IMG/VR virus record: IMGVR_UViG_3300033066_001740
Location: 18,607-82,606 of that record
DNA: 64,000 bases
Strand: one strand, 5' to 3'
DNA from: a virus
The position numbers were made by a program, and so were the translations under genes. Position 1 is the first letter of the stretch, and the number at the start of each line of letters is the position of its first letter. The notes under the pieces were generated by a model. That model did no database searches and was not told the origin of the DNA. It worked only from the letters and a program-made list of their open reading frames with translations. Shown in pieces: positions 38,649 to 47,201 of this stretch.

Positions 38649-38721
38649 CTCAGGAGATCCGATTCGGACGGATATTTCATAGAGTCGGAAACTATGCGAC
38701 CTACCATTAGTCGACTCCTGA
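38649..38721 (-). tRNA. Gln-like tRNA with CCG anticodon (possibly degenerate)
   Basis: U1:A72, G73, loop TTCCGAC (neighbouring Gln has TTCTGAC); T-loop TCCGAAT; no CCA. Confidence 0.65.
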
Positions 38722-38724
38722 ATG

Positions 38725-38798
38725 TGGTTGGGATACTAGGATTCGAACCTAGATAAACGGAGTCAGAATCCGTTGTCCTACCATTGAACGATACCCCA
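38725..38798 (-). tRNA. tRNA-Gln(CTG)
   Basis: ACGGA-TTCTGAC-TCCGT; CCA end. Confidence 0.92.
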
Positions 38799-38842
38799 AT
38801 AAAAGGGTAGGTCACCTTTACCTACCCTTATATATCAGTCTA

Positions 38843-39172
38843 TTAGTTGATTGCTACTACAACAGCACCAACATCTGACACGTGATAGGCTCTATTATCC
38901 GTTAGATAACGAGACAATGTCTCCACCGGATTCTCTGGTAGAGGATTCTCTACGATGAATCTTCCAGCCAACTCTCCCAGAGCTACGGTTAGATCAGGAT
39001 TGCTGACCGAACAAACCACTTCCTTCTCGCCAGAAACCCAGCGAACAATGGAGACGTAATATGTCTCCTTGCGAGACAACCAAGCCACAGTCAGCCCTGG
39101 AGCTGTACCATCAGCTTGATATGCGAAGTTAATAGCCTTGGTGATCTTATCAATTAACGTTTGTGTGTCCAT
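38843..39172 (-). CDS. hypothetical protein
   Basis: ORF. Confidence 0.7.
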   Translation of the reverse strand: MDTQTLIDKITKAINFAYQADGTAPGLTVAWLSRKETYYVSIVRWVSGEKEVVCSVSNPDLTVALGELAGRFIVENPLPENPVETLSRYLTDNRAYHVSDVGAVVVAIN

Positions 39173-39183
39173 TTTAATCTTCC

Positions 39184-40158
39184 TTATGGGATATCTCTAA
39201 ACAAGCGCCTTTGTTCTTCTTTTGGATCTGGCGCAGCAGGAATACCGGACAACTTAGCAACTTCATCAGTGAAATCACTTTTAGTTTGCTGTTCTATTCC
39301 TTCACCAACTTGGCAGCGAATGAAATTTACAATTTCAATCTTACCACCTAACAGAGCTGCATACTGACTATCAATAAGCTGCTCAATGCTCTTTTTAGCA
39401 ACTACAACTGATTCCTGTTTGGTCAAACAGACCTCAGTATACCATTTATTAAGTTTTCCTTCAATGATTCTTGACCATTGAGCTTGAGGTTTATTCAACT
39501 CTCTGAGTTGAGCTTCGAAAATTGCTTTCTGTCTTTCTACCATCTCAACAGGCAACCTATCCACAGAAACAGCAATTGGATTCATCGCAGCAATTTGCAT
39601 TGCCAGATCCATCCCAATTTCTTGGAAAGAACTGCTTTGTGATGTCTCAACAGACGGTGCTTTCAACGAAAGAATAACCCCCAATCTGTTATTATTGTGA
39701 ATATAGATAAAAGTCTTGCAAGACTCTTCAAAAACCTGCTCAACCCACCATCTACGAATTAGACAATTTTCTTTTGTCTTCGCCATAATACTTGTGCGCA
39801 AGTTGCGCACCTGAGTCTCATTAACATCGAATGGTGTGTTTGCTGCGGTCGCCCCACACAGATGGGTAAGGGCATCCTCGGCAAATTGCTTAAAATCAGG
39901 GTTGCGACTAACAAAATCTGTTTGACAATTTACTTCAATCATAGCGGCTGTTTTGTCATTTTCGACAAATGCAGCCATAACTATTCCTTCTGCCGCAACT
40001 TTACCCTCTCTACCAGAAACAATGTTTTGTCCCTTAGACTTGATGATGTCTACAGCCTTTTGTAGATCATCACCCGCTTCCTTCAAAGCGTCATTGCAGT
40101 CTTTCATTCCGGCTTGAGTAAGGGCGCGCAATTCTTTCAATAATTCTGACTTGCTCAT
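39184..40158 (-). CDS. tsf: translation elongation factor Ts
   Basis: LKELRALTQAGMKDC, AAEG, EVNCQTDFV, YIH, AMQIAAMNP, FIRCQVGEGI. Confidence 0.95.
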   Translation of the reverse strand: MSKSELLKELRALTQAGMKDCNDALKEAGDDLQKAVDIIKSKGQNIVSGREGKVAAEGIVMAAFVENDKTAAMIEVNCQTDFVSRNPDFKQFAEDALTHLCGATAANTPFDVNETQVRNLRTSIMAKTKENCLIRRWWVEQVFEESCKTFIYIHNNNRLGVILSLKAPSVETSQSSSFQEIGMDLAMQIAAMNPIAVSVDRLPVEMVERQKAIFEAQLRELNKPQAQWSRIIEGKLNKWYTEVCLTKQESVVVAKKSIEQLIDSQYAALLGGKIEIVNFIRCQVGEGIEQQTKSDFTDEVAKLSGIPAAPDPKEEQRRLFRDIP

Positions 40159-40181
40159 AATAAACTCTCAATTCTTTCAAT

Positions 40182-40412
40182 TCAACGATCAAGTACTAAC
40201 GTCATAATCAAAAGTGACGTTAGTAAAAATCCAGCAAAGATCGTTAGCCATAAGGAATGAGAAAATAGCACGACACCAAGCGTTACGCTCAGTGCCACTA
40301 AGTAAGCAATGAATCCCATAACACTCTGAACGCCATGCGTCTTGATCAACAAGATAATGGACAATAGTGCGATGAATGCAAGCAAACAATACAAGAATGT
40401 CATAATTTTCAA
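40182..40412 (-). CDS. small membrane protein
   Basis: Hydrophobic ORF. Confidence 0.55.
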   Translation of the reverse strand: MKIMTFLYCLLAFIALLSIILLIKTHGVQSVMGFIAYLVALSVTLGVVLFSHSLWLTIFAGFLLTSLLIMTLVLDR

Positions 40413-40427
40413 TCCTTAATCAAAATC

Positions 40428-40510
40428 TGGAGCGGGTAATGGGACTCGAACCCATGGTGTTTATATTTCTGCTTGGAAGGCAGACGCAATCGCCGCTATG
40501 CGACACCCGC
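40428..40510 (-). tRNA. tRNA-Gly(TCC) with enlarged variable loop
   Basis: TCTGC-CTTCCAA-GCAGA; 12-nt variable region AATATAAACACC; U73-CCA. Confidence 0.88.
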
Positions 40511-40515
40511 TTAAT

Positions 40516-40556
40516 TGGAGCGACCAGTGGGGCTCGAACCCACGACATTCTTCATG
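40516..40556 (-). pseudogene. 3' half of split tRNA-Gly
   Basis: CAT-GAAGA-ATGTC-GTGGG-TTCGAGC-CCCAC-TGGTCGC-T-CCA; acceptor strand pairs with 41715-41721. Confidence 0.8.
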
Positions 40557-40890
40557 TGGACGCTAAAAATTCACCCAAATTAGGTGTCCAATGAATATGA
40601 ATTTTTAATACAGTTCCAGTTTCGTTTAAACTGTCTACAAATAGTTTATAGCCATAATCAGCTACTCGCTTATGTAATTCACGTATTACAACCGTAACAT
40701 GATATGGTGCGCCATTACTTTTGTGCATAATAGACATGTCAGGTATCTCATATTTGGAATTAAATCTCTTCTCTACTTCTTTTTCTATTTCGTAGAAAAT
40801 ATTCTCTACCTCTACTTTAACAGCAGCAGAGGAGGCGTACTCGTTCATATCGTTTAATATTTTTGTTTTAAATTCATCAACTGTTTTCAT
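40552..40890 (-). CDS. hypothetical protein inside the split-tRNA insertion
   Basis: ORF; its TGA lies inside the tRNA 3' half. Confidence 0.65.
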   Translation of the reverse strand: MKTVDEFKTKILNDMNEYASSAAVKVEVENIFYEIEKEVEKRFNSKYEIPDMSIMHKSNGAPYHVTVVIRELHKRVADYGYKLFVDSLNETGTVLKIHIHWTPNLGEFLAST

Positions 40891-41554
40891 AATTTTTATC
40901 AATCCAATTAGTATTGGTAAACTTTCCAAATTCTTGGATAGCTCCGAAAATTTCCTGAACTATTTTTGTATTACAAACTTGTATTGTGCAAGTTCCATAT
41001 TCAGATTTGTTGGCGTTCTTCTTTTTAGAAGATTTCGGGTATTGATTCCAAGTAGACTTCCTTAAAGAAGTTTTTGGCAAACTTAACCCTGCTAACCAAT
41101 AACTTTCTATCTCTTCCTGAGAATGAAGATCGGTATAAGCATTTATTGTCAATGTTATATCTTCGTGTCGGACATTCCAAAATTTCTCAAGGAATGATTT
41201 GAAAACTACTAACATTGGCAATTCTGAATTAGCCAATCTGCATTGATTAATTAACTTGGATCCTTCACCCCAATACAGCATGCACCCAGCAACATATAAC
41301 GGATCGCCTTGAGAAATTCTTTCTTTACCTTTATCTTGATAAGATTGTCTTTTCATCTTAAAAAGATTCGAATGAGCTAATGCCTGCTCATCAGTAATCT
41401 CTCTTTTATCAAGAGCCAATTTTTGTTCAGATGTTAAGGTGATTCCTTTGGTCCAAACAGAAATTGTACTTTTTGCACGACCCAAAATCTTGGCAATCTT
41501 TTTAATTGATAATCCCTGCAATCTTAATTGTATTGCTTGTTCTTTCAATTCCAT
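40877..41554 (-). CDS. HTH + LAGLIDADG-like putative endonuclease
   Basis: N-terminal HTH (GLSIKKIAKILGRAKSTISVW); AGCMLYWGEGSK; ANSE; YW; YGTC. Confidence 0.7.
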   Translation of the reverse strand: MELKEQAIQLRLQGLSIKKIAKILGRAKSTISVWTKGITLTSEQKLALDKREITDEQALAHSNLFKMKRQSYQDKGKERISQGDPLYVAGCMLYWGEGSKLINQCRLANSELPMLVVFKSFLEKFWNVRHEDITLTINAYTDLHSQEEIESYWLAGLSLPKTSLRKSTWNQYPKSSKKKNANKSEYGTCTIQVCNTKIVQEIFGAIQEFGKFTNTNWIDKNYENS

Positions 41555-41606
41555 ATCGAACCTCTTACTTATATATCACAGTATGTATATATTATGGGTT
41601 CGATAT
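41553..41606 (-). promoter_or_regulatory. start/RBS-sequestering hairpin with TGATATATA in the loop
   Basis: 10-bp inverted repeat ATATCGAACC/GGTTCGATAT overlaps GAGG and ATG; motif at 41571-41578. Confidence 0.65.
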
Positions 41607-41615
41607 CAATTATTT

Positions 41616-41689
41616 TGGAGCGGTATGTCGGTTACGATCCGACGCCCAAACCTTGGCAAGGTCTAATTCTACCATTGAACTAATACCGC
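41616..41689 (-). tRNA. tRNA-Gly(GCC), nested in split tRNA
   Basis: AGACC-TTGCCAA-GGTTT; T-loop ATCGTAA; U73-CCA. Confidence 0.85.
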
Positions 41690-41721
41690 AAGCAGACATT
41701 CTACCACTGAATTATGGTCGC
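41690..41721 (-). pseudogene. 5' half of split tRNA-Gly
   Basis: GCGACCA-TA-ATTC-AGTGGTA-GAAT-G-TCTGC-TT. Confidence 0.8.
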
Positions 41722-41730
41722 TTGATATTT

Positions 41731-41919
41731 TTACGATTTGAAGAATCTACTCTTCAAATATTCTCTTGTACTATATCCGTAACTGGAAAGACGTATTACA
41801 AACATAGTGAGAGGTGCGGTTGTAAATCTCAATAACGTTTCAATGCCTCTTGTGAAGAATCCACTTACAAACGACACTAAACAAAAAACAAATAAAATCA
41901 TCAAAAGAGCAACTAACAT
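41731..41919 (-). CDS. small membrane protein
   Basis: Hydrophobic N-terminus; GGAG RBS. Confidence 0.5.
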   Translation of the reverse strand: MLVALLMILFVFCLVSFVSGFFTRGIETLLRFTTAPLTMFVIRLSSYGYSTREYLKSRFFKS

Positions 41920-41931
41920 TTCAACTCTCCT

Positions 41932-42005
41932 TGGAGCGGGCGCCGGGAATCGAACCCGGATAGCTAGCTTGGAAGGCTAGAGCACAACCACTATGCCACG
42001 CCCGC
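41932..42005 (-). tRNA. tRNA-Gly(TCC)
   Basis: CTAGC-CTTCCAA-GCTAG; U73-CCA. Confidence 0.92.
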
Positions 42006-42036
42006 GCACCTGAATATATATCAGGTTATTACCATA

Positions 42037-42525
42037 TTAACCAATCCACGGCTCCACAAATACAGATGGCTCTCCAGGATCGACATTAAATTCTTCAATT
42101 AACTTTTGTTTGAGGGTTTCTAATTTTTCCCTATTCTCAGCTATCCAAGATAAACTGATGGGTGCGCCATAAACATTCACTCTTCCACACCCAATAGTTT
42201 CTGTATCTGGAACTTCTAAATAAAAACTAATTGTATCTGATTCAAAACCGGTGGAAATCTCACAGTCTAACTTTTTATGAAAATAATCTGTTTCATTGAT
42301 TACTTCCCAAAGTGATTCATATTCTGTTCCCTCATATTCCAAAAAGAAATAATCACCACCGTGTTGATCAATAACTTTCTCTGGTTTCAGCTTCTTTCCA
42401 GTTTTGGAATCAAAACGATCTTCATAGTGAAATTTTTCTTCATAAGTAGTTTCATATGGTTTTGACACATCATCATTGTGCAATTCAAAACCAACTCTTA
42501 AATAGAAAGAATAATCAATTCCCAT
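42037..42525 (-). CDS. hypothetical protein
   Basis: Start corrected to MGIDY to avoid a long overlap with nfi. Confidence 0.7.
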   Translation of the reverse strand: MGIDYSFYLRVGFELHNDDVSKPYETTYEEKFHYEDRFDSKTGKKLKPEKVIDQHGGDYFFLEYEGTEYESLWEVINETDYFHKKLDCEISTGFESDTISFYLEVPDTETIGCGRVNVYGAPISLSWIAENREKLETLKQKLIEEFNVDPGEPSVFVEPWIG

Positions 42526-43018
42526 AATCTCTACACATCCTATCAACTTGTTTAAGCAATGTTGGAATCCTATTATCACCATGCATTTGGGAAATGTATT
42601 TGGCTGCGTCAACCTCATCCATTCCAACAGATGTAATATACAATGGACTTTTGCTCGTGCCTCTGACGATCGGTATTGAAACATCATCTGTTTTGAAATG
42701 TGTTTTGGCACACCCAATAACAGGAATAACTTTCTCTAACTCCTCATACAAATGATGCCCCATACCTGGGACACCTTTAGCTAGCCATACATAACTATCT
42801 ACGATGATCAAATCGATGGGGGACTTCACCTCTTTAAGCGCTGCCATCAAACATGGCAATTCTCTTTTGTAAAACTCTCCCGGCACATATGGATGAATAT
42901 TCTTCACTGTCACACAGTGAGATTCAATAATAGCATCACTATCGAATTTTTCAAACACAATTGCGGCAACCGCAGCGCTATCATCCGCTCGATAGTCAAC
43001 ATCTAAACAAACAATCAT
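42515..43018 (-). CDS. nfi: endonuclease V
   Basis: LDVDY, YVPGEFYKRELP, IIVDSY, PVIGCAKT, PLYITS, RIPTLLKQVD. Confidence 0.9.
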   Translation of the reverse strand: MIVCLDVDYRADDSAAVAAIVFEKFDSDAIIESHCVTVKNIHPYVPGEFYKRELPCLMAALKEVKSPIDLIIVDSYVWLAKGVPGMGHHLYEELEKVIPVIGCAKTHFKTDDVSIPIVRGTSKSPLYITSVGMDEVDAAKYISQMHGDNRIPTLLKQVDRMCRDYGN

Positions 43019-44406
43019 ACAGTCTCACTTACAGTAGGAAATAATTGAACCAATTCATAACTATGCAAATGTTTTTTGATAGTTCGTGAAGTGTTAGGCA
43101 AATATGGCTCTAAATGAACGGCAATCCAGTACAATTCTTGTAATAGATATTGAATGTCTTTAATTGCTTGTTCCTTCGTTTCATCAAACTTAATCAGTCT
43201 GAAAGGAGAAGTTTTCTCAATATAAACATTCAATTCATTTATTTTGGACCATATATTATTTATTCCGCCTCGAATATCGAAATTGTCCAAATACAAAGAA
43301 TCATATGTACAATTGTATTCGGTTTGAATATTATGAGTCTTCGCCAACTTCAATACTCTGCTAAATAAATTTCCTAAACCTTTTGCTAAATTGGTATTGT
43401 AATTTTGTACAAACCCGGACGGATTAACTTCCGTATCTTCGTATTGAACACATTCTTTGCTGACCCAATATCGAAGATAATCTGCCGGAAACTGATCTAG
43501 AATCAAGGATGGCGTTAAAGCTATTCCTGATGATTTAGAAATTTTCTCGCCACCTTGAGTTAGAAATCCATGAATGAAAATCTGTTTGGGCGGCGGGAAT
43601 CCGGCTGACAACAACATTCCGGACCAAATAATACTTTGTTGTCTAAGATTGTCTTTGCCGGCAAATTGTAATCCTGGCCAAAAGTTATCGATACTCTTTT
43701 CGGGAAAACCCAAAGCAGAAATATAATTAACCAAAGCATCAAACCAAACATAAATCACATGGTCCGGATCTCCCGGAACAGGAATTCCCCATGGTAATTT
43801 CTTAGCCAATCTAGAAATAGAAATATCTTTCAATCCAGATTTCAGAAAATTGAGGGCTTCCAAATGACGATGTTGTGGTACAACAAAATCAGGATTTGAT
43901 TCAAAATGCTTAATCAGTACGTCAGTGTATTTACTAAGTCTGAAATAGTAATTCTCTTCTTGTCGCTCTTCAATTTCACGAGTCAGATGAAGCGGACACT
44001 TACCATCTTTCAATTCAGAATCTTGTTTCTCTAATTCACAGCCTGTGCAATACTTTATACTGTATTCGCCTTTGTAAATGTCACGCTGACATCTTTTCCA
44101 AAATTCCTGAACCGCCTGAATATGTTTTTCATCTGTGGTTCTGATGAAGTTGCATTCGTCAACGTGACAAGAAGAAATTAATCTTTTGAACTTTTCACTC
44201 TGAAAATCACAAAAAGATTTAGGATCTCCATTAGATTTCTCCCAAATCTTCGCGCCATGTTCATCAGTACCAGTATTGAAAAATACTTTTTCACCCTTCA
44301 ATCTAAAGTGGCGAACAAGAATATCAGTTTGAATTAACTCTAGAGCAAAACCTAAATGTGGCTCCGAATTAATATACGGAAGTGTAGTCGTCAAGTATTT
44401 ATTCAT
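43015..44406 (-). CDS. metG: methionyl-tRNA synthetase (short form)
   Basis: TTLPYINSEPHLGF, GTDEHG, FIRTT, WGIPVP, YVWFDALVNY, GKDNL, KISKS. Confidence 0.96.
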   Translation of the reverse strand: MNKYLTTTLPYINSEPHLGFALELIQTDILVRHFRLKGEKVFFNTGTDEHGAKIWEKSNGDPKSFCDFQSEKFKRLISSCHVDECNFIRTTDEKHIQAVQEFWKRCQRDIYKGEYSIKYCTGCELEKQDSELKDGKCPLHLTREIEERQEENYYFRLSKYTDVLIKHFESNPDFVVPQHRHLEALNFLKSGLKDISISRLAKKLPWGIPVPGDPDHVIYVWFDALVNYISALGFPEKSIDNFWPGLQFAGKDNLRQQSIIWSGMLLSAGFPPPKQIFIHGFLTQGGEKISKSSGIALTPSLILDQFPADYLRYWVSKECVQYEDTEVNPSGFVQNYNTNLAKGLGNLFSRVLKLAKTHNIQTEYNCTYDSLYLDNFDIRGGINNIWSKINELNVYIEKTSPFRLIKFDETKEQAIKDIQYLLQELYWIAVHLEPYLPNTSRTIKKHLHSYELVQLFPTVSETV

Positions 44407-44443
44407 TGTACGACCTTTCTCTGTAAATTAAGAATGATTAATG

Positions 44444-44518
44444 TGGTGTCCCGTACTGGATTTGAACCAGTGACCTTTATCGTGTCAAGATAACGCGCTA
44501 CCCCTGCGCCAACGGGAC
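44444..44518 (-). tRNA. tRNA-Val(GAC)
   Basis: TTATC-TTGACAC-GATAA; CCA end. Confidence 0.92.
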
Positions 44519-44523
44519 ATATA

Positions 44524-44597
44524 TGGTAGGCGATATCAGAATCGAACTGATGTTCTCTGCGTGTAAAACAGACATTCTACCATTGAATTAATCGCCC
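44524..44597 (-). tRNA. tRNA-Val(TAC)
   Basis: TCTGT-TTTACAC-GCAGA; CCA end. Confidence 0.92.
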
Positions 44598-44656
44598 AAA
44601 AGCCGGTCTCTCCCTACTCGTCACACCACTATGGTAAGGTGTCACCCTAGTTTAAT

Positions 44657-44731
44657 TGGTCGGCGGTGAGGGGCTCGAACCCACGACTTACACGGTGTAA
44701 ACGTGTCACTCTACCACTGAGTTAACCGCCG
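44657..44731 (-). tRNA. tRNA-Val(TAC)
   Basis: ACACG-TTTACAC-CGTGT; CCA end. Confidence 0.9.
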
Positions 44732-44734
44732 ATA

Positions 44735-44809
44735 TGGTCCCGGAGGTGGGAATCGAACCCACTCGACGTCGCGTATGAAACGACTGCACATCCAATATGC
44801 TACTCCGGG
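44735..44809 (-). tRNA. tRNA with CAT anticodon (elongator Met or Ile2)
   Basis: GTCGT-TTCATAC-GCGAC; C1-G72 paired; no initiator GGG/CCC. Confidence 0.8.
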
Positions 44810-44845
44810 ATGAGCATAATGTATATATCACATTATGCGCAATTG

Positions 44846-45406
44846 TTATTCAGGATCTTTTAATTCTAGCACCTGAGAAAATCTCGGAAGCGCCAAACCA
44901 GTTCCATAAGTCCAAGTATGATCTCCAAACTGGCGATAACCATAAGATCCTAATTCAATGCCTTTACACATCAAATCATAACCTTCCATTGTTCTTACAA
45001 CGCTGATTTTACATTCAGCAAGGCTTTCCATTAAGGCACGAGCGGCATCCATAATTTCAAATACATTCTTGGAATTAGGATTTACTTCTATTAACTCAAC
45101 CTTAAAGAAGTATAACTTATGCCACTCATCTTCTTGCTCATCTCTAAAACAAGGAGAAGCGGCACAATACTTTCCTTTTGATAGTTTGCCTTCTACCATC
45201 ATTTGGATAAAGCCCTGCTCAGCAGAACCAACCAAATATCCAGGATTTTGAGTTGGATGACCAAGCTTAAACCCAAGTCTATTATAAGGAAGGGTAACCT
45301 CAATGGCTGTAAATGGAACAATCCATGGAGCCTCTATGTAGGTAAACTCATTGTCCACATAATGCTGGACAGCTTTGCCAACCCACACCCAATTGATTGG
45401 GTTCAT
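44846..45406 (-). CDS. minimal class II aaRS-like (SerRS-core-like) protein
   Basis: YLVGSAEQGF, SPCFRDE (motif 2), FFKVEL, ELGS, GTGLALPR (motif 3); 186 aa. Confidence 0.75.
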   Translation of the reverse strand: MNPINWVWVGKAVQHYVDNEFTYIEAPWIVPFTAIEVTLPYNRLGFKLGHPTQNPGYLVGSAEQGFIQMMVEGKLSKGKYCAASPCFRDEQEDEWHKLYFFKVELIEVNPNSKNVFEIMDAARALMESLAECKISVVRTMEGYDLMCKGIELGSYGYRQFGDHTWTYGTGLALPRFSQVLELKDPE

Positions 45407-45648
45407 TTTCGTTTACCCTCCTTAAAGGCTGATGATGTCATTTCAGACATCTGTTTAATATCTTCCATAGACATACCATACTTGGATTGTATGTAACCCT
45501 CAATGGCGCCGTATAGATCAGATAATTCTACCAACTCAAGTATCTTGCCACCTTGTTCATGAGCATCGAGTAGTTCCTCCCATTCCTCTTGGATTTTGGA
45601 AAAGTCCCCGAAACTACCCTTTGTTATCTCACGAATATGATATCCCAT
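45403..45648 (-). CDS. MazG-like NTP pyrophosphohydrolase
   Basis: KIQEEWEELLDA...VELSDLYGAI (EExxE...ExxD). Confidence 0.65.
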   Translation of the reverse strand: MGYHIREITKGSFGDFSKIQEEWEELLDAHEQGGKILELVELSDLYGAIEGYIQSKYGMSMEDIKQMSEMTSSAFKEGKRK

Positions 45649-45660
45649 AAGCTTCCTCGC

Positions 45661-46545
45661 TTAAATGTGTTCTAATATAACGCTATAGAATTCCTCTAGG
45701 TTAACGTGATCAGGAAGTCCCGCTGAACCACCATCATTCACTTCAATGACCCACCACTTATCATCTTCGGCTTGAACAATATCCAAAGCGACAAATGGAC
45801 TCTTAATCTTCTTGCCAATTTCAATCAACCAATCCATTGGAGGAAATTCTACATTCTCCGGATAAGTTGCATCATTACTCCAGTACGGAGTAGTAAACAC
45901 TGGCTCTCCTCTTACAAAGAAAGTTCTAAACTCCACCGGCAAAGGCATTCTGCTCTTGGGATGAAAACCAATCTTCTTCAATGAAAGAAAATCTCTGCAC
46001 ACCAAGCCACCATAAAAATCTCTGCCCTGTAGCTTGAAGAAGTTACCCATGACACGCAAAGACTCTTCTTTATCGGAAGCATCTCTAATGAAACAGGCAT
46101 CATACCATTCGTGTTTGCGGCTCTTCAAGTAATCTTTGATCAGGATTGACTTGTCCTTAAACTCTTCGGCAACCTTCTCAGCAATGGCTGGAAGCCCAGC
46201 ATTTACAATGTCATCAGCAGGGATAATCATTGAATATGGGGTATACTCTTTCAATTCTGCATACCACTCTGGAAAATTATAAGACCACATATAGTCTTGA
46301 TATGAATTAACCAGTTCGGCACCCAAACCATCCATTTCTTGATAAACAGGCGGCTTGACAATCCATCCTCGGTAAAGAGTAGGGGCTTGTTTGTTGAAAA
46401 TAGACATTGGAGATCCAAAATGGCTCTCACTTAGAATACTTACACCAAACCCAACTGATCCGGCAGCACCCGCTTCATTCTGCCAAAAATTGTCTACCTG
46501 GCGCGGAAAACCAAGATTAGTAGGGAATAGGATATTCATTTTCAC
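45661..46545 (-). CDS. ATP-grasp protein (DUF4343-like)
   Basis: YRGW, IKDYLKSRKHEW, EFRTFF, ALDI, VIEVNDGGSAG. Confidence 0.85.
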   Translation of the reverse strand: MKMNILFPTNLGFPRQVDNFWQNEAGAAGSVGFGVSILSESHFGSPMSIFNKQAPTLYRGWIVKPPVYQEMDGLGAELVNSYQDYMWSYNFPEWYAELKEYTPYSMIIPADDIVNAGLPAIAEKVAEEFKDKSILIKDYLKSRKHEWYDACFIRDASDKEESLRVMGNFFKLQGRDFYGGLVCRDFLSLKKIGFHPKSRMPLPVEFRTFFVRGEPVFTTPYWSNDATYPENVEFPPMDWLIEIGKKIKSPFVALDIVQAEDDKWWVIEVNDGGSAGLPDHVNLEEFYSVILEHI

Positions 46546-47198
46546 TCGTTAACTGGAATCTTCATTCCTTCAAAAACTTTTAGTTTATATGACAGTCTAT
46601 GTAACGGACTATAGCCATGCTTGGCGATACCCGCTATGTGTTGACCGTCTGCTCCATAGTAACCGACGTTATTGATCCAATCATACTGAGGATACTTAAG
46701 ATGGTATTCCCTCATTTTCTTGTCACGATACGTCTTAGCAAGAATGCTCGCCGCCATGACTGATGGGACCAGTGTGTCCGCCTTGACGAGTGAAACCTTA
46801 TCGTAATCATCCACGCCCAGGTTGTCAAATTTTAAGTTTCCGTCGCAAATTAATAAAGATTCGTCGGTGTACAAGGCTTTGAAATTTTCAACGTAACAAT
46901 CCTTCAAAGCAACACCAACACCCACCTTATCAATCTCGGCATTGGTTCTTTCAGCCAAATGAAACTTAATAGTACCAGCTTCAATCAACTTCATTAACTG
47001 ATCTCTCATTACATTACGACGGTTCTCAGTTAATTTCTTAGAATCATTCAGACCAGCTAACGTCCATCCTTTGGGAGCACGAACACCGCAAACCACCAAC
47101 GGTCCAGCGATAGATCCATATCCTACTTCGTCACAACCAACAATAGAAGTCTTTTTATCTAAGAGACTTTTCAGCTCTTCATACTTAATCTGTGCCAT
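46542..47198 (-). CDS. rnhB: ribonuclease HII
   Basis: GCDEVGYG..AGP, LNDSKKL, DGN, KAD, AASILAK..RD, HRLSY. Confidence 0.93.
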   Translation of the reverse strand: MAQIKYEELKSLLDKKTSIVGCDEVGYGSIAGPLVVCGVRAPKGWTLAGLNDSKKLTENRRNVMRDQLMKLIEAGTIKFHLAERTNAEIDKVGVGVALKDCYVENFKALYTDESLLICDGNLKFDNLGVDDYDKVSLVKADTLVPSVMAASILAKTYRDKKMREYHLKYPQYDWINNVGYYGADGQHIAGIAKHGYSPLHRLSYKLKVFEGMKIPVNE

Positions 47199-47201
47199 GA
47201 T

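Noticed and set aside
38803..38829. Hairpins at 38803-38829, 20648-20672, 53820-53844 and 57337-57362 as novel RNAs
   Set aside because: Simple stem-loops at gene ends are most simply terminators or processing/stability elements.
40557..41689. Group I intron as the explanation for the split tRNA
   Set aside because: The insert is almost filled by a tRNA and two ORFs; I see no catalytic core or suitably placed terminal G.
44598..44656. tRNA-associated HDV-like (theta) ribozyme
   Set aside because: I could not fit the nested double pseudoknot; kept only as an unassigned structured spacer.
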